DNA of 32,000 nt from Sulfolobus acidocaldarius DSM 639 (GTDB taxonomy: Archaea > Thermoproteota > Thermoprotei_A > Sulfolobales > Sulfolobaceae), in the NCBI RefSeq assembly GCF_000012285.1, contig NC_007181.1, forward strand, positions 1,170,001 through 1,202,000, given 5' to 3'. The position numbers and the translations under genes are program-made. Below, in pieces: positions 22,276-30,020 of the stretch; position 1 is the stretch's first letter, and every line of letters starts with the position of its first letter. Under the pieces are notes generated by a model. The model worked only from the letters and a program-made list of their open reading frames with translations. It had not been told where the DNA came from and did not search any database.

Positions 22276-22473
22276 ATGAAAAGGGCTGAAATATTAATAG
22301 TAAATAATATAATAAATAGTGCTAAAATCGATGAAAATGTGGTTAGAGAAATATTGGATAAAATAAATGATGTAGATAACATTGTCATAAATAGAATAAC
22401 CATTCCTAGCTATGAGGAAAATAATAACCTGTTAGGTGTTCATGTAATAGTGAGAGAGGTTGCAGAAACGTAA
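22276..22473 (+). CDS. hypothetical 65-aa protein
   Basis: The call rests only on the ORF and a TATA-like TTTATATC about 30 nt upstream. I recognise no family. Confidence 0.4.
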   Translation: MKRAEILIVNNIINSAKIDENVVREILDKINDVDNIVINRITIPSYEENNNLLGVHVIVREVAET

Positions 22474-22849
22474 TATATGCCCATACTACAAAAATGGCTA
22501 CTGTACATCACCCATTTTAGATTCTCCTACAGACTCTGTGACCAGTTCTAACAGGTGTATGGGTAATTTTAGATCATGTAGATATTATGTAGCAAGAGAC
22601 GAAGACAGTGAAGAAGGGCTAAACAAGTATGTGATAGAGGATAGTCAAATAGAACAAGAAATTTCGTTTTATAATAAGATAAACATATTGGATACTCCAT
22701 TAGATAGTGAGTGTAAATATTTTCAGTTGGTTAGAACAGAAAAGGGATTAGTTGCGCATTGTAAAGTTCTGGGAAGAGTCTTAACCAGATCACAAGCAGT
22801 TTTATGTAATAAAGAGTGGGAAGATTGTCCCTTTAGAAACTTAGCCTAA
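22460..22849 (+). CDS. Cys-rich protein with two 4-Cys modules
   Basis: 129 aa. TTG is the only start upstream of the first Cys. Module 1 is CPYY-x5-C-x17-C-x6-C. Module 2 is CKYF-x12-C-x14-C-x6-CPF. Confidence 0.5.
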   Translation: MQKRNICPYYKNGYCTSPILDSPTDSVTSSNRCMGNFRSCRYYVARDEDSEEGLNKYVIEDSQIEQEISFYNKINILDTPLDSECKYFQLVRTEKGLVAHCKVLGRVLTRSQAVLCNKEWEDCPFRNLA

Positions 22850-23155
22850 CTTAGCATACTTTCCGTCTTCCATTAGGGTAACCATATTTTTTTCCGCTAA
22901 ATCAGATAAGGCTTTCCTTATCTTATCTTCACTAGCAATTCCAGATAGAGCAGAATGAAGTTCCTTCAAGTTCATTGGCTTATCCTTAAGTAAATCTAAT
23001 ATTATTTCTTTTAACTCCTCTTCATTTGGGGCTGTCATTACAACAACTTCTTTGTCTGAATAAAGAACTTTTAGTTTCCGTTCTACATTAGTTAATATTT
23101 TGTCGTCTTCAGCCTTACTTGATGCTTTTTTACCCCTTCTACTCATAGACGACAT
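22841..23155 (-). CDS. small winged-helix DNA-binding protein with basic N-terminal tail
   Basis: 104 aa. It has an N-terminal SRRGKKASSK tail and a C-terminal wH-like region (MNLKELHSALSGIASEDKIRKALSDLAEKNMVTLMEDGKYAKL). Confidence 0.5.
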   Translation of the reverse strand: MSSMSRRGKKASSKAEDDKILTNVERKLKVLYSDKEVVVMTAPNEEELKEIILDLLKDKPMNLKELHSALSGIASEDKIRKALSDLAEKNMVTLMEDGKYAKLG

Positions 23156-23290
23156 GAACCTACACTCTCTTACTTTTTACAATATGAATTATAATCTATA
23201 TACCTTAAAAGTATTCATGAAGAGTGAAAAGACATTACTAATTACAACTTATATATGACAATATAAAATTACATATATTAGGCGACATAA

Positions 23291-23635
23291 TTGGGAGAGC
23301 CAGACTTCTTAAGGCATATAGTCACAAAAGTTTTAACACCTACTACACTGGATGTAAAAAGATTAGATGAGGCTAGAAAACTACTTGCTAAAGCAGAGGC
23401 TAAATACAATTTTTCATCTTATGGAGGGGAACCAGAAAGATTAGCCGATTATTTACTCAGTCCAGATTTTATCAACCTAGTTTTCATTATAGGTGTGAAT
23501 TTATCTAAAAAATTACTTCATATAGTAAATGAAAGCTATAATAATCAGAAAATAAAAGATGCAGTTAACAAAATACTTGAAGAATTAGACGGTTATTCTG
23601 GTGAAGAAACAAATCAACTTATGATGTATAAATGA
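23291..23635 (+). CDS. hypothetical helical protein
   Basis: 114 aa with a TTG start. I recognise no family. Confidence 0.4.
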   Translation: MGEPDFLRHIVTKVLTPTTLDVKRLDEARKLLAKAEAKYNFSSYGGEPERLADYLLSPDFINLVFIIGVNLSKKLLHIVNESYNNQKIKDAVNKILEELDGYSGEETNQLMMYK

Positions 23636-23672
23636 GAGAGAATGTAAAATAATAAAAAATAATATACTGTAT

Positions 23673-25358
23673 TCACTCTAATGAAGGTGCGCCAGGAGTT
23701 TCTGCTCCTGCTCCCTCTCCACCTTCTTTCTTACCTTTTTCAGTCTTCAGTGCAGATGCAGCTACTAAATCATCGATCTTCAATATTGCAGTAGCAGCCT
23801 CTACAGCACTCTTTAGTACCTGAGATTTTACTCTCACGGGTTCTATTACGTTAATCTTCATCATATCATCCGCAATCTTACCATTAACTGCATCAATACC
23901 GGAATTCACTAATCCTTTTGCATGTCTAGCTCTTAGATCCATTAAAGCCTGAATAGGTTCCATTCCTGCTGTTTCAGCTAATATCATAGGAATTTCTTCT
24001 AATGCTTCAGCAAATTTCTCTATGGCTAACTGCTCTTTGCCACCAACAGATCTTGCATACTCTCTTAACCTCAAGGCTAACTCTGACTCGACTGCACCGC
24101 CACCTGCAACTATCATTGGCTTCATTAGAACATTTCTTAATGAATGTAGGGCATCGTTAAGACTCCTTTCGGCTTCATCTAGAGCCATATCATTGGATCC
24201 CCTCAATAAGATATTCACAGCTCTTGGATTCTTTGCACCTTCAATAAATACCATCTTGTCATTTCCTATTCTTCTTTCTTCAACTAGTTCAGCATATCCT
24301 AAATCCTCTGGTGTAGCATCCTTAATACTACTAATAATTCTAGCTCCTAATGCTTTTTCTAATTTCTCTATGTCACTCCTCTTAACTCTTCTAACGGCTA
24401 ATATTCCCTTCTTTGCAAGGAAGTGCTGGGCTACATCATCAATTCCTTTCTGGCAGATTACTACATTTGCTCCAATTGAAGCTAGCTTGTCTACCATCTC
24501 CTTGAGATATCTAGCCTCTTCATCAAGGAAAGACTTTATCTGCTCAGGACTAGTTATGCTGATTTTTGCAGATATTTCTGGCTTTTCAACCTCTAAAGCT
24601 GCATCTAATACAGCAATTTTTGCCTTTTCTACTCTCCTTGGCATTCCTGCATGTACTACTTCTTTGTCTAGCACAAGACCGTGAACTAAAATACTATCCT
24701 CAATACTTCCTCCTTTCTTCTTATCAATCTTTATTAAGTCAAGAGGTACATTATATGTACCGTCTGGTCTCTTCTCTGCAACTATAGTGATTGCATCTAT
24801 CACAAGGTCAATTATTTTATCTATTTCCTCTGCTCCTCCAGCTATGAACTTGCTGGACATTGTAGTTGATACAATCTTCTTTAATTGAGCCTTTGCAGTG
24901 GGAGAACTTAAGTCATTTACGTCTATCTTTAGAGATAATTGGTCAATGATTTCCAAAGCCTTAGTCAAAGCTTTCTTATAACCATCTATAATTATGGTTG
25001 GATGAACATTCTGCTCTAAAAGTTCCTCTGCCTTGTCTAACAACAGACCTGCCAATACTACTGCAGATGTTGTACCATCTCCCACTTCAGCATCCTGAGC
25101 CTTTGCTGCCTCTACTAGTAATTTTGCTGCAGGATGCTGAATTTCCATTTCTTTGACTATAGTTGCACCATCATTAGTTATAGTCACATCTCCAAAACTG
25201 TCTATCAACATTTTGTCTAAGCCTCTAGGTCCTAAGCTACTCTTTAACATTTCGGCTAAAGTTACAGCAGCTAAAATGTTATTCCTTAAAGCATCTCTAC
25301 CGCTGCTTCTTGAAGTACCCTCCTTAAATAGGAGAACTGGACCAGCCATTTGAGACAC
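23673..25358 (-). CDS. thsA: thermosome (group II chaperonin) alpha subunit
   Basis: 561 aa. The N-terminus ([61 protein letters not shown]) is close to TF55-alpha as I recall it. It has the GDGTTS ATP motif. Confidence 0.92.
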   Translation of the reverse strand: MSQMAGPVLLFKEGTSRSSGRDALRNNILAAVTLAEMLKSSLGPRGLDKMLIDSFGDVTITNDGATIVKEMEIQHPAAKLLVEAAKAQDAEVGDGTTSAVVLAGLLLDKAEELLEQNVHPTIIIDGYKKALTKALEIIDQLSLKIDVNDLSSPTAKAQLKKIVSTTMSSKFIAGGAEEIDKIIDLVIDAITIVAEKRPDGTYNVPLDLIKIDKKKGGSIEDSILVHGLVLDKEVVHAGMPRRVEKAKIAVLDAALEVEKPEISAKISITSPEQIKSFLDEEARYLKEMVDKLASIGANVVICQKGIDDVAQHFLAKKGILAVRRVKRSDIEKLEKALGARIISSIKDATPEDLGYAELVEERRIGNDKMVFIEGAKNPRAVNILLRGSNDMALDEAERSLNDALHSLRNVLMKPMIVAGGGAVESELALRLREYARSVGGKEQLAIEKFAEALEEIPMILAETAGMEPIQALMDLRARHAKGLVNSGIDAVNGKIADDMMKINVIEPVRVKSQVLKSAVEAATAILKIDDLVAASALKTEKGKKEGGEGAGAETPGAPSLE

Positions 25359-25472
25359 CGTTTCTGGTTTGCATTAGAATCGGTTATATATAAATTTTTC
25401 TCTTAAGTAGTTTCAGGAATATATCGCTGTTTACACATAAATTTTTGACTTTCAAAATAGATAGGGCTTAGT

Positions 25473-26213
25473 ATGGATTTATGCCAGAGATGCGGAAAGA
25501 GGGAGTACTTCACAGTTATTGGTGGAAGAAAACTCTGTTCTATGTGCGGAAAGGACGAAATAGTAAAAAGAGTAAGGAAAGAGATGCATCAATCTAAACT
25601 CTTTAATTACAATGATCGTGTAGCTATAATAAGCCCAGAACCGCTCCAGCAAATATCTGATATAGTTGAATCAATAATAGGTAAAGCGTTTTATAGAGTA
25701 AACTTAAAGATAGAAAAGGTCGAAATTTCGATTTCGAATTATAATTATATAAATGAGTATATGTGGAATTTGCTTTTGGAAAGTAAAAAATTATCAGATT
25801 ATAAAATAAAGGTTCTTCCTTTTACATCTAACTTTTTCTTGGCATATATGTTAGAATCGATATCTATATCTGATTACTCTTACCTGAGCTTGTTCAACCC
25901 CTACAGTATAATTGATACGACAATCATATTCATACCACTATATTCGACTCCTATTCAAGAGATAGAATGTTTCTCCAAAATTGACTATAATAAAATCAAA
26001 TTTAAGGATGAACTTTTCAATACTATATTTGATTGGGTTAACCAGCAGTTGAGGGAAAATTATGAGCTTTTTCATACATACTTTAATACGATCAATCTGT
26101 TTAGGACTGATAATAAATGTAAGAACTGCGGGGCTTATATCAACTCTGGGCAGGAATATTGTGAGCGGTGTAAAACTTATTTAGCTTCTCCTTCTCATCT
26201 TTATTTAAAATAA
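25473..26213 (+). CDS. double zinc-ribbon protein, possibly a degenerate TtuA/NcsA-like (PP-loop family) paralogue
   Basis: 246 aa. It has an N-terminal CQRCG...CSMCG and a C-terminal CKNCG...CERC. The position where PP-loop ATPases carry SGGKDS reads VAIISPEPLQ. The family assignment is an inference from architecture only. Confidence 0.45.
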   Translation: MDLCQRCGKREYFTVIGGRKLCSMCGKDEIVKRVRKEMHQSKLFNYNDRVAIISPEPLQQISDIVESIIGKAFYRVNLKIEKVEISISNYNYINEYMWNLLLESKKLSDYKIKVLPFTSNFFLAYMLESISISDYSYLSLFNPYSIIDTTIIFIPLYSTPIQEIECFSKIDYNKIKFKDELFNTIFDWVNQQLRENYELFHTYFNTINLFRTDNKCKNCGAYINSGQEYCERCKTYLASPSHLYLK

Positions 26214-26961
26214 CCTCAAACACTAGAGATAAATCTGAACTTTTCGATTTACCTGGAGGAATCACCCCATCCCAGCTGTAATAGAAGTATCCCTTTGTAA
26301 GAATTTCCTTAAATCCCTCCTTATCAAATTCATAATAATCCTGGAGAACTGAAATTACTCCTATTATTTCCTTTAATTGTTTCATTGAGATTACTGATTT
26401 ACAAATATAACAAGACAGGTCTGGCATTATTGAATTAAATCCACATTTTGGACATTTAACCGGGGAGTTAATTCCATAAGTAGCCCAGGTTGACCTCAAA
26501 ATATCTTCTAAGTCTTTCCTGTTCAATTGGTTGCACTTCTCATATAGCCATGGTCCTAAATCCTTAATTGCAGATTTTATATTAAATACGACAAACTCCA
26601 ACTGATCATTAGTAAGCTTTTCAGGATTGACTACCCTAAGTAATTTGACTGCAAGGAATTCCATTAATGCTTCTTTATTCGCTAATAACCTATTGATTAT
26701 AGTCCTTGATTTAGGCTTACTTTTTACCTCTCCAACAGCTGCAGAAAATGGTTCCTTAATTAACTCTTTGAAACCTTCTCTATCTAGGTTAAGATAAGCT
26801 ATTCCTAATGAGTTTATTACCTCATCTAAATATTCATCTAATAGTTCTAAAGGATTTACGTACTTCTCCTTAGTGGATTTTTTCTTAGTAGATTTAGTTT
26901 TTTCCTCCTTTGTACTATTCTCCTTACTCTTCTCCTCTTCCTGTTTTTTACGTTTAGGCAA
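26140..26961 (-). CDS. hypothetical protein with K/E-rich N-terminal tail and internal zinc ribbon
   Basis: 273 aa. It has an N-terminal MPKRKKQEEEKSKENSTKEEKTKSTKKKSTKEK tail and a CPKCG...CYIC ribbon. I recognise no family. Confidence 0.5.
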   Translation of the reverse strand: MPKRKKQEEEKSKENSTKEEKTKSTKKKSTKEKYVNPLELLDEYLDEVINSLGIAYLNLDREGFKELIKEPFSAAVGEVKSKPKSRTIINRLLANKEALMEFLAVKLLRVVNPEKLTNDQLEFVVFNIKSAIKDLGPWLYEKCNQLNRKDLEDILRSTWATYGINSPVKCPKCGFNSIMPDLSCYICKSVISMKQLKEIIGVISVLQDYYEFDKEGFKEILTKGYFYYSWDGVIPPGKSKSSDLSLVFEVILNKDEKEKLNKFYTAHNIPAQS

Positions 26962-27001
26962 TTTATCCCCTATGTTATTCCTGATTATTTAAAAACATCT
27001 T

Positions 27002-27292
27002 TTAAACTGTATGTGATAAATCAAGATAATCCATCGGAAGCATTTTACCTTTTGATACTATATCGTTATATTTTTTCTCCAAATCTTCTATAAATACAGG
27101 ACAATTTTCAAATCTACCTTCTCTAGTGCACTTGGCACCACCTAGAGTTAGGAAGCAAATACTGGACTTCCTGTCATAATGTGGACATAATTTGTGGTAA
27201 GTTTTTGCACTTTTTATCATTTTTTCAATCCATTGTTTTTTGTGATCTTTCTTTTCAGCTTCTTTCTCAGCTTTTGCTAATACCTTATTCAT
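27002..27292 (-). CDS. small 4-Cys protein (single copy of the module seen at 22460-22849)
   Basis: From ATG 27292 the sequence is MNKVLAKAEKEAEKK...CPHY-x5-C-x8-C-x8-CPVF. An alternative leaderless GTG start at 27346 is suggested by an upstream TATA-like element. The track start at 27466 adds Ser-rich, low-information sequence, which I reject. Confidence 0.5.
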   Translation of the reverse strand: MNKVLAKAEKEAEKKDHKKQWIEKMIKSAKTYHKLCPHYDRKSSICFLTLGGAKCTREGRFENCPVFIEDLEKKYNDIVSKGKMLPMDYLDLSHTV

Positions 27293-27338
27293 CTCATCTT
27301 CAGATATTTTTGAGGATCTTGTTGAGCTTGTCAAACTT

Positions 27339-27414
27339 TCCACCACAATAGGATTAATTTTATGCAAACAGTAAAATAGATTACTACTACAACTACTAAA
27401 AGTATTTTGGTGGA
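27339..27414. repeat. inverted repeat pair TCCACCACAA / TTTTGGTGGA (9 of 10 match)
   Basis: Read directly from the sequence: 27339-27348 and 27405-27414. Confidence 0.7.
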
Positions 27415-27499
27415 TGGTATAAAAACTATTTCCAGAGTTTGTATAAAGTTTGAAGCTTATTAGCATAAAATAACGTTGTTTAAACTTGAGTTGTAGTAG
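27384..27499. repeat. perfect 11-bp inverted repeat CTACTACAACT / AGTTGTAGTAG flanking about 94 bp of AT-rich DNA
   Basis: Read directly from the sequence: 27384-27394 and 27489-27499. Confidence 0.8.
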
Positions 27500-27516
27500 A
27501 AGATATTATGATAGGA

Positions 27517-27540
27517 AAATGAGTGTTTTAACACTCATTT
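27517..27540. repeat. 24-nt palindrome AAATGAGTGTT-TT-AACACTCATTT overlapping the whiP stop codon
   Basis: Read directly from the sequence: 11-bp perfect arms with a 2-nt spacer. Confidence 0.8.
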
Positions 27541-28247
27541 AACTTATCTTTTAAGGACTGTGTAAAACCTATCCTGAGACCCAATTTAGGATCATGATAC
27601 AAATAGAGAATTCTTTTAGTTTGTAATTTTCTTAAAACTCTAAATAACCAACCACTATCAGCTCCATATTCCTCCTGAAGTTGATCTAAATATACATAAG
27701 TAGCTCCCCACTCTTTATATTTCTTCAATAGGAAAGAGACCAAATCTTTCTCATCTGCGTCTAACTTTTCTAGTACTTCTTCGATACAAACCTCAGGTTC
27801 CTTATTTTGTCGTTTATTTACATCTTGACTGGTTTGTTGGTCAATAAACAACAAAAATTCTTTTCTATCCTTGTTATCTTTTTTCTTTGTTTTGTCGTTT
27901 ATTGTCTGTTTAACCTTTTCATTGTATAATTCTTTCGCTATTGCAAGATATTCAGTAAATTTAGTATTGTTTTTACTCTCTAGGATCTCTTTAGCTAAAT
28001 CTTCCCCTACTCTTGATAAGTGCCATCTTCCCGCTTCCTGATATACAAGACCTTTTTTCCTCCAATAACTCAGATAGCTACTTACGTATTTGGTATCCAG
28101 GTTGAGATTTGTGGCTATCTCTGAGGTTCTGAGGGGTCTGGCGAGAAGGAGTATCATAACAGCCTCCATAAGTTTAGACCTTGGACCGCTCTTAAGGATC
28201 TTCTCTTCAATTGCTGTGATGTCAATCTCGCTATCTTCTTTGGGCAT
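27528..28247 (-). CDS. whiP: double winged-helix protein, probable WhiP (Cdt1-like replication initiator)
   Basis: 239 aa. It has an N-terminal wHTH ([39 protein letters not shown]), a K/D-rich linker and a second wH-like domain ([38 protein letters not shown]). It lies four genes from thsA, matching my recollection of the Sulfolobus whiP/oriC3 neighbourhood. Confidence 0.6.
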   Translation of the reverse strand: MPKEDSEIDITAIEEKILKSGPRSKLMEAVMILLLARPLRTSEIATNLNLDTKYVSSYLSYWRKKGLVYQEAGRWHLSRVGEDLAKEILESKNNTKFTEYLAIAKELYNEKVKQTINDKTKKKDNKDRKEFLLFIDQQTSQDVNKRQNKEPEVCIEEVLEKLDADEKDLVSFLLKKYKEWGATYVYLDQLQEEYGADSGWLFRVLRKLQTKRILYLYHDPKLGLRIGFTQSLKDKLNEC

Positions 28248-28276
28248 CAGTTACTATTATGCAAACTAAAATATAA

Positions 28277-28297
28277 TATACTCCAAATTATACTCCA
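28277..28297. repeat. tandem direct repeat TATACTCCA x2 (12-bp register) immediately upstream of the whiP TATA box
   Basis: Read directly from the sequence: 28277-28285 and 28289-28297. The whiP TATA box (minus-strand TTATATTT) is centred about 26 nt upstream of ATG 28247. Confidence 0.7.
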
Positions 28298-28320
28298 TGA
28301 GTATTTCCAAAATCTTCTAA

Positions 28321-29403
28321 TTAGGTAATATTACATATTTTAATAGGCTCAAATTCGTTATAACCAACTATTACTTTGTATATCCCTAAGAACTTCTTAT
28401 CTACTTCAGGATCCCCTGTATCTATCCTCAAACACTCAAATGTTTGTAATTTTCTTCTTGAAGAGATCACTATTATATCATCCTTATTTACTCTCTTTAA
28501 TACTCCTGGTCCTATCTCTTGATTTCCTCTACCCAGCAAAAATCCTTGGCCACCAATAGGTGTAACTATAAGTTTTAACTCCCCGGTTAAATTTAACAGA
28601 TCATTATAACTAACGCAACTTCCTATCAGTTTATTCCGAATTACTACGTCTGTACAAAGAAAATTTGTCTCGTAACCTAATCTCTTTATAATGTACTTAG
28701 TTGTAGAACCTGGACCTATTATGAAAACAGCATCTGGATGGTTTTGAAATACATTATCCAACAGGTAGTCTGTTATCTCATTTAATTCCTCCTGTTCTGA
28801 GTATATTTCTGTCTTACTAGGTGTTAAATACGTAGAAAAAGATATGGTTTTAGCATAACCGTATAACTTTACATCGTACTTTCCTTTTCGATATTGTTCT
28901 TCGTCTATATCTAATATCTCAGCATCAACTATTTCCACTCTTTTATTGATTAGCTCTCTAATTAAGTGTCCTGCATCTTCTGGTGTATTAGCGAAAATTC
29001 CACTATGCATCTTTACACCTGTAGGTATGCCAAGTAGTAACTTTTTGTCCTTTACAACACTGTATATGTCTCTAGCTGTACCGTCTCCACCGGCAAACAC
29101 AATTATTGTGCATTCTAGTTCTAAAAACGTCCTGGAAGCTTCGATAGTATTTTGTCTTGTCGTGGGATCGTCTATGTGGATATCTATCACACTAAATTTG
29201 AAGTCGTGTTTTTTAAGAAAGGCTTCACCCATAATTCCAGGAGGTACTATAAATTTAACCTGTTTGGGTACTGTAGAAAGGAATCTTTCCATTTTTGAGT
29301 GTATCTCTGGGTTATAAAACCTTAAATCGTCACTACCCTTATGTCCTATTCTACCTCCGCTTCCTGCTACAGGGTTCACTAGTAAACAAATTGTCTCGTT
29401 CAT
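28321..29403 (-). CDS. ATP-NAD kinase-like (NAD kinase/diacylglycerol kinase fold, COG3199-type) protein
   Basis: 360 aa. It has LLVNPVAGSGGRIG near the N-terminus and a GGDGT motif (FAGGDGTARD). Confidence 0.6.
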   Translation of the reverse strand: MNETICLLVNPVAGSGGRIGHKGSDDLRFYNPEIHSKMERFLSTVPKQVKFIVPPGIMGEAFLKKHDFKFSVIDIHIDDPTTRQNTIEASRTFLELECTIIVFAGGDGTARDIYSVVKDKKLLLGIPTGVKMHSGIFANTPEDAGHLIRELINKRVEIVDAEILDIDEEQYRKGKYDVKLYGYAKTISFSTYLTPSKTEIYSEQEELNEITDYLLDNVFQNHPDAVFIIGPGSTTKYIIKRLGYETNFLCTDVVIRNKLIGSCVSYNDLLNLTGELKLIVTPIGGQGFLLGRGNQEIGPGVLKRVNKDDIIVISSRRKLQTFECLRIDTGDPEVDKKFLGIYKVIVGYNEFEPIKICNIT

Positions 29404-30020
29404 AGGTGTATATTGAGTAGTGCAAAAATTATCTTATATGCTAAATGTATATCTTGGGGTTCAAAAAGAATAATTAATGAGTCACTGGGAATATTTGAAA
29501 ATTTCTCTATTAGTTCAGTTTTTAATCTCTTGATTTCTTCACTTTCGTCGAATGTTTTAGGTGGTAATTCAATTTGATTATCGTTTTTGACTGCAATTAA
29601 TATTTTAGATGCACCTAATTTAACTAAATTGTCTCTGAGGTCTAAAATTCCTATTTTGTTTAGTATGTTGATGCCATTTAGGATTACAACACCATTTACT
29701 TTCCACTGTATACTATATATCATAACATTTTCTAGTATAATAGTTCTTTCATGTAAATATTCTAATAGTTTTTTGCCCTTATCTGTGATAAATATCCCAG
29801 CAACTCTGTCAACCTCCACAAACTCAAGTTCTCTCAGTCTTCTTATCATGGTTCTTATGGATGCTTCTGACAGGGACAACATACGCGTTAATAATTGTCT
29901 TCCAATTGGCTGATGTTTATTTATGGTATCCAAAGCTATTAGCACGTGGGCTTCATCGAAGTTAGGTCTGTTTCCCTTCTTTGGTTCAATGACCTTCAAA
30001 AGCGATATTATTTCTTCCAC
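29400..30020 (-). CDS. winged-helix regulator-like protein (DUF4443-like)
   Basis: 206 aa with a GTG start. It has a wHTH ([48 protein letters not shown]). Its stop overlaps the start of the kinase-like gene by 4 nt. The family name is from memory. Confidence 0.5.
   Translation of the reverse strand: MEEIISLLKVIEPKKGNRPNFDEAHVLIALDTINKHQPIGRQLLTRMLSLSEASIRTMIRRLRELEFVEVDRVAGIFITDKGKKLLEYLHERTIILENVMIYSIQWKVNGVVILNGINILNKIGILDLRDNLVKLGASKILIAVKNDNQIELPPKTFDESEEIKRLKTELIEKFSNIPSDSLIILFEPQDIHLAYKIIFALLNIHL

Larger units (their letters stand above)
27293..27527. other. candidate replication origin region (oriC3-like) adjacent to whiP
   Basis: This is an AT-rich, non-coding region with interleaved inverted repeats, TTTCCA half-sites and a terminal palindrome (see the repeat features). 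The genomic context is a double-wH initiator-like gene a few genes from thsA. Confidence 0.45.

Noticed and set aside
24022-24684. 220-aa plus-strand ORF (and the neighbouring 24566-24787 and 25153-25353 ORFs) antisense to the thermosome gene.
   Set aside because: These are shadow ORFs. Their S/L/A/T-rich, low-information composition is typical of the antisense of a highly expressed, GC3-poor gene, and the thermosome reading frame is unambiguous.
20174-26468. 13-nt exact repeat TTAACCGGGGAGT at 20174-20186 and 26456-26468 (17 of 20 nt over the extended match). I considered it as a possible second att or element boundary.
   Set aside because: It is unrelated to the tRNA att segment. The second copy lies inside a coding region (GINSPVKC). 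Several 13-mer matches are expected by chance in 32 kb on two strands.
27293-27466. N-terminal 58 codons of the track ORF 27002-27466.
   Set aside because: The sequence is Ser-rich and low-complexity (MLISFKLYTNSGNSFYTIHQNTFSSCSSNLFY...) and runs through the repeat-rich intergenic region. ATG 27292 or possibly GTG 27346 is the more credible start.
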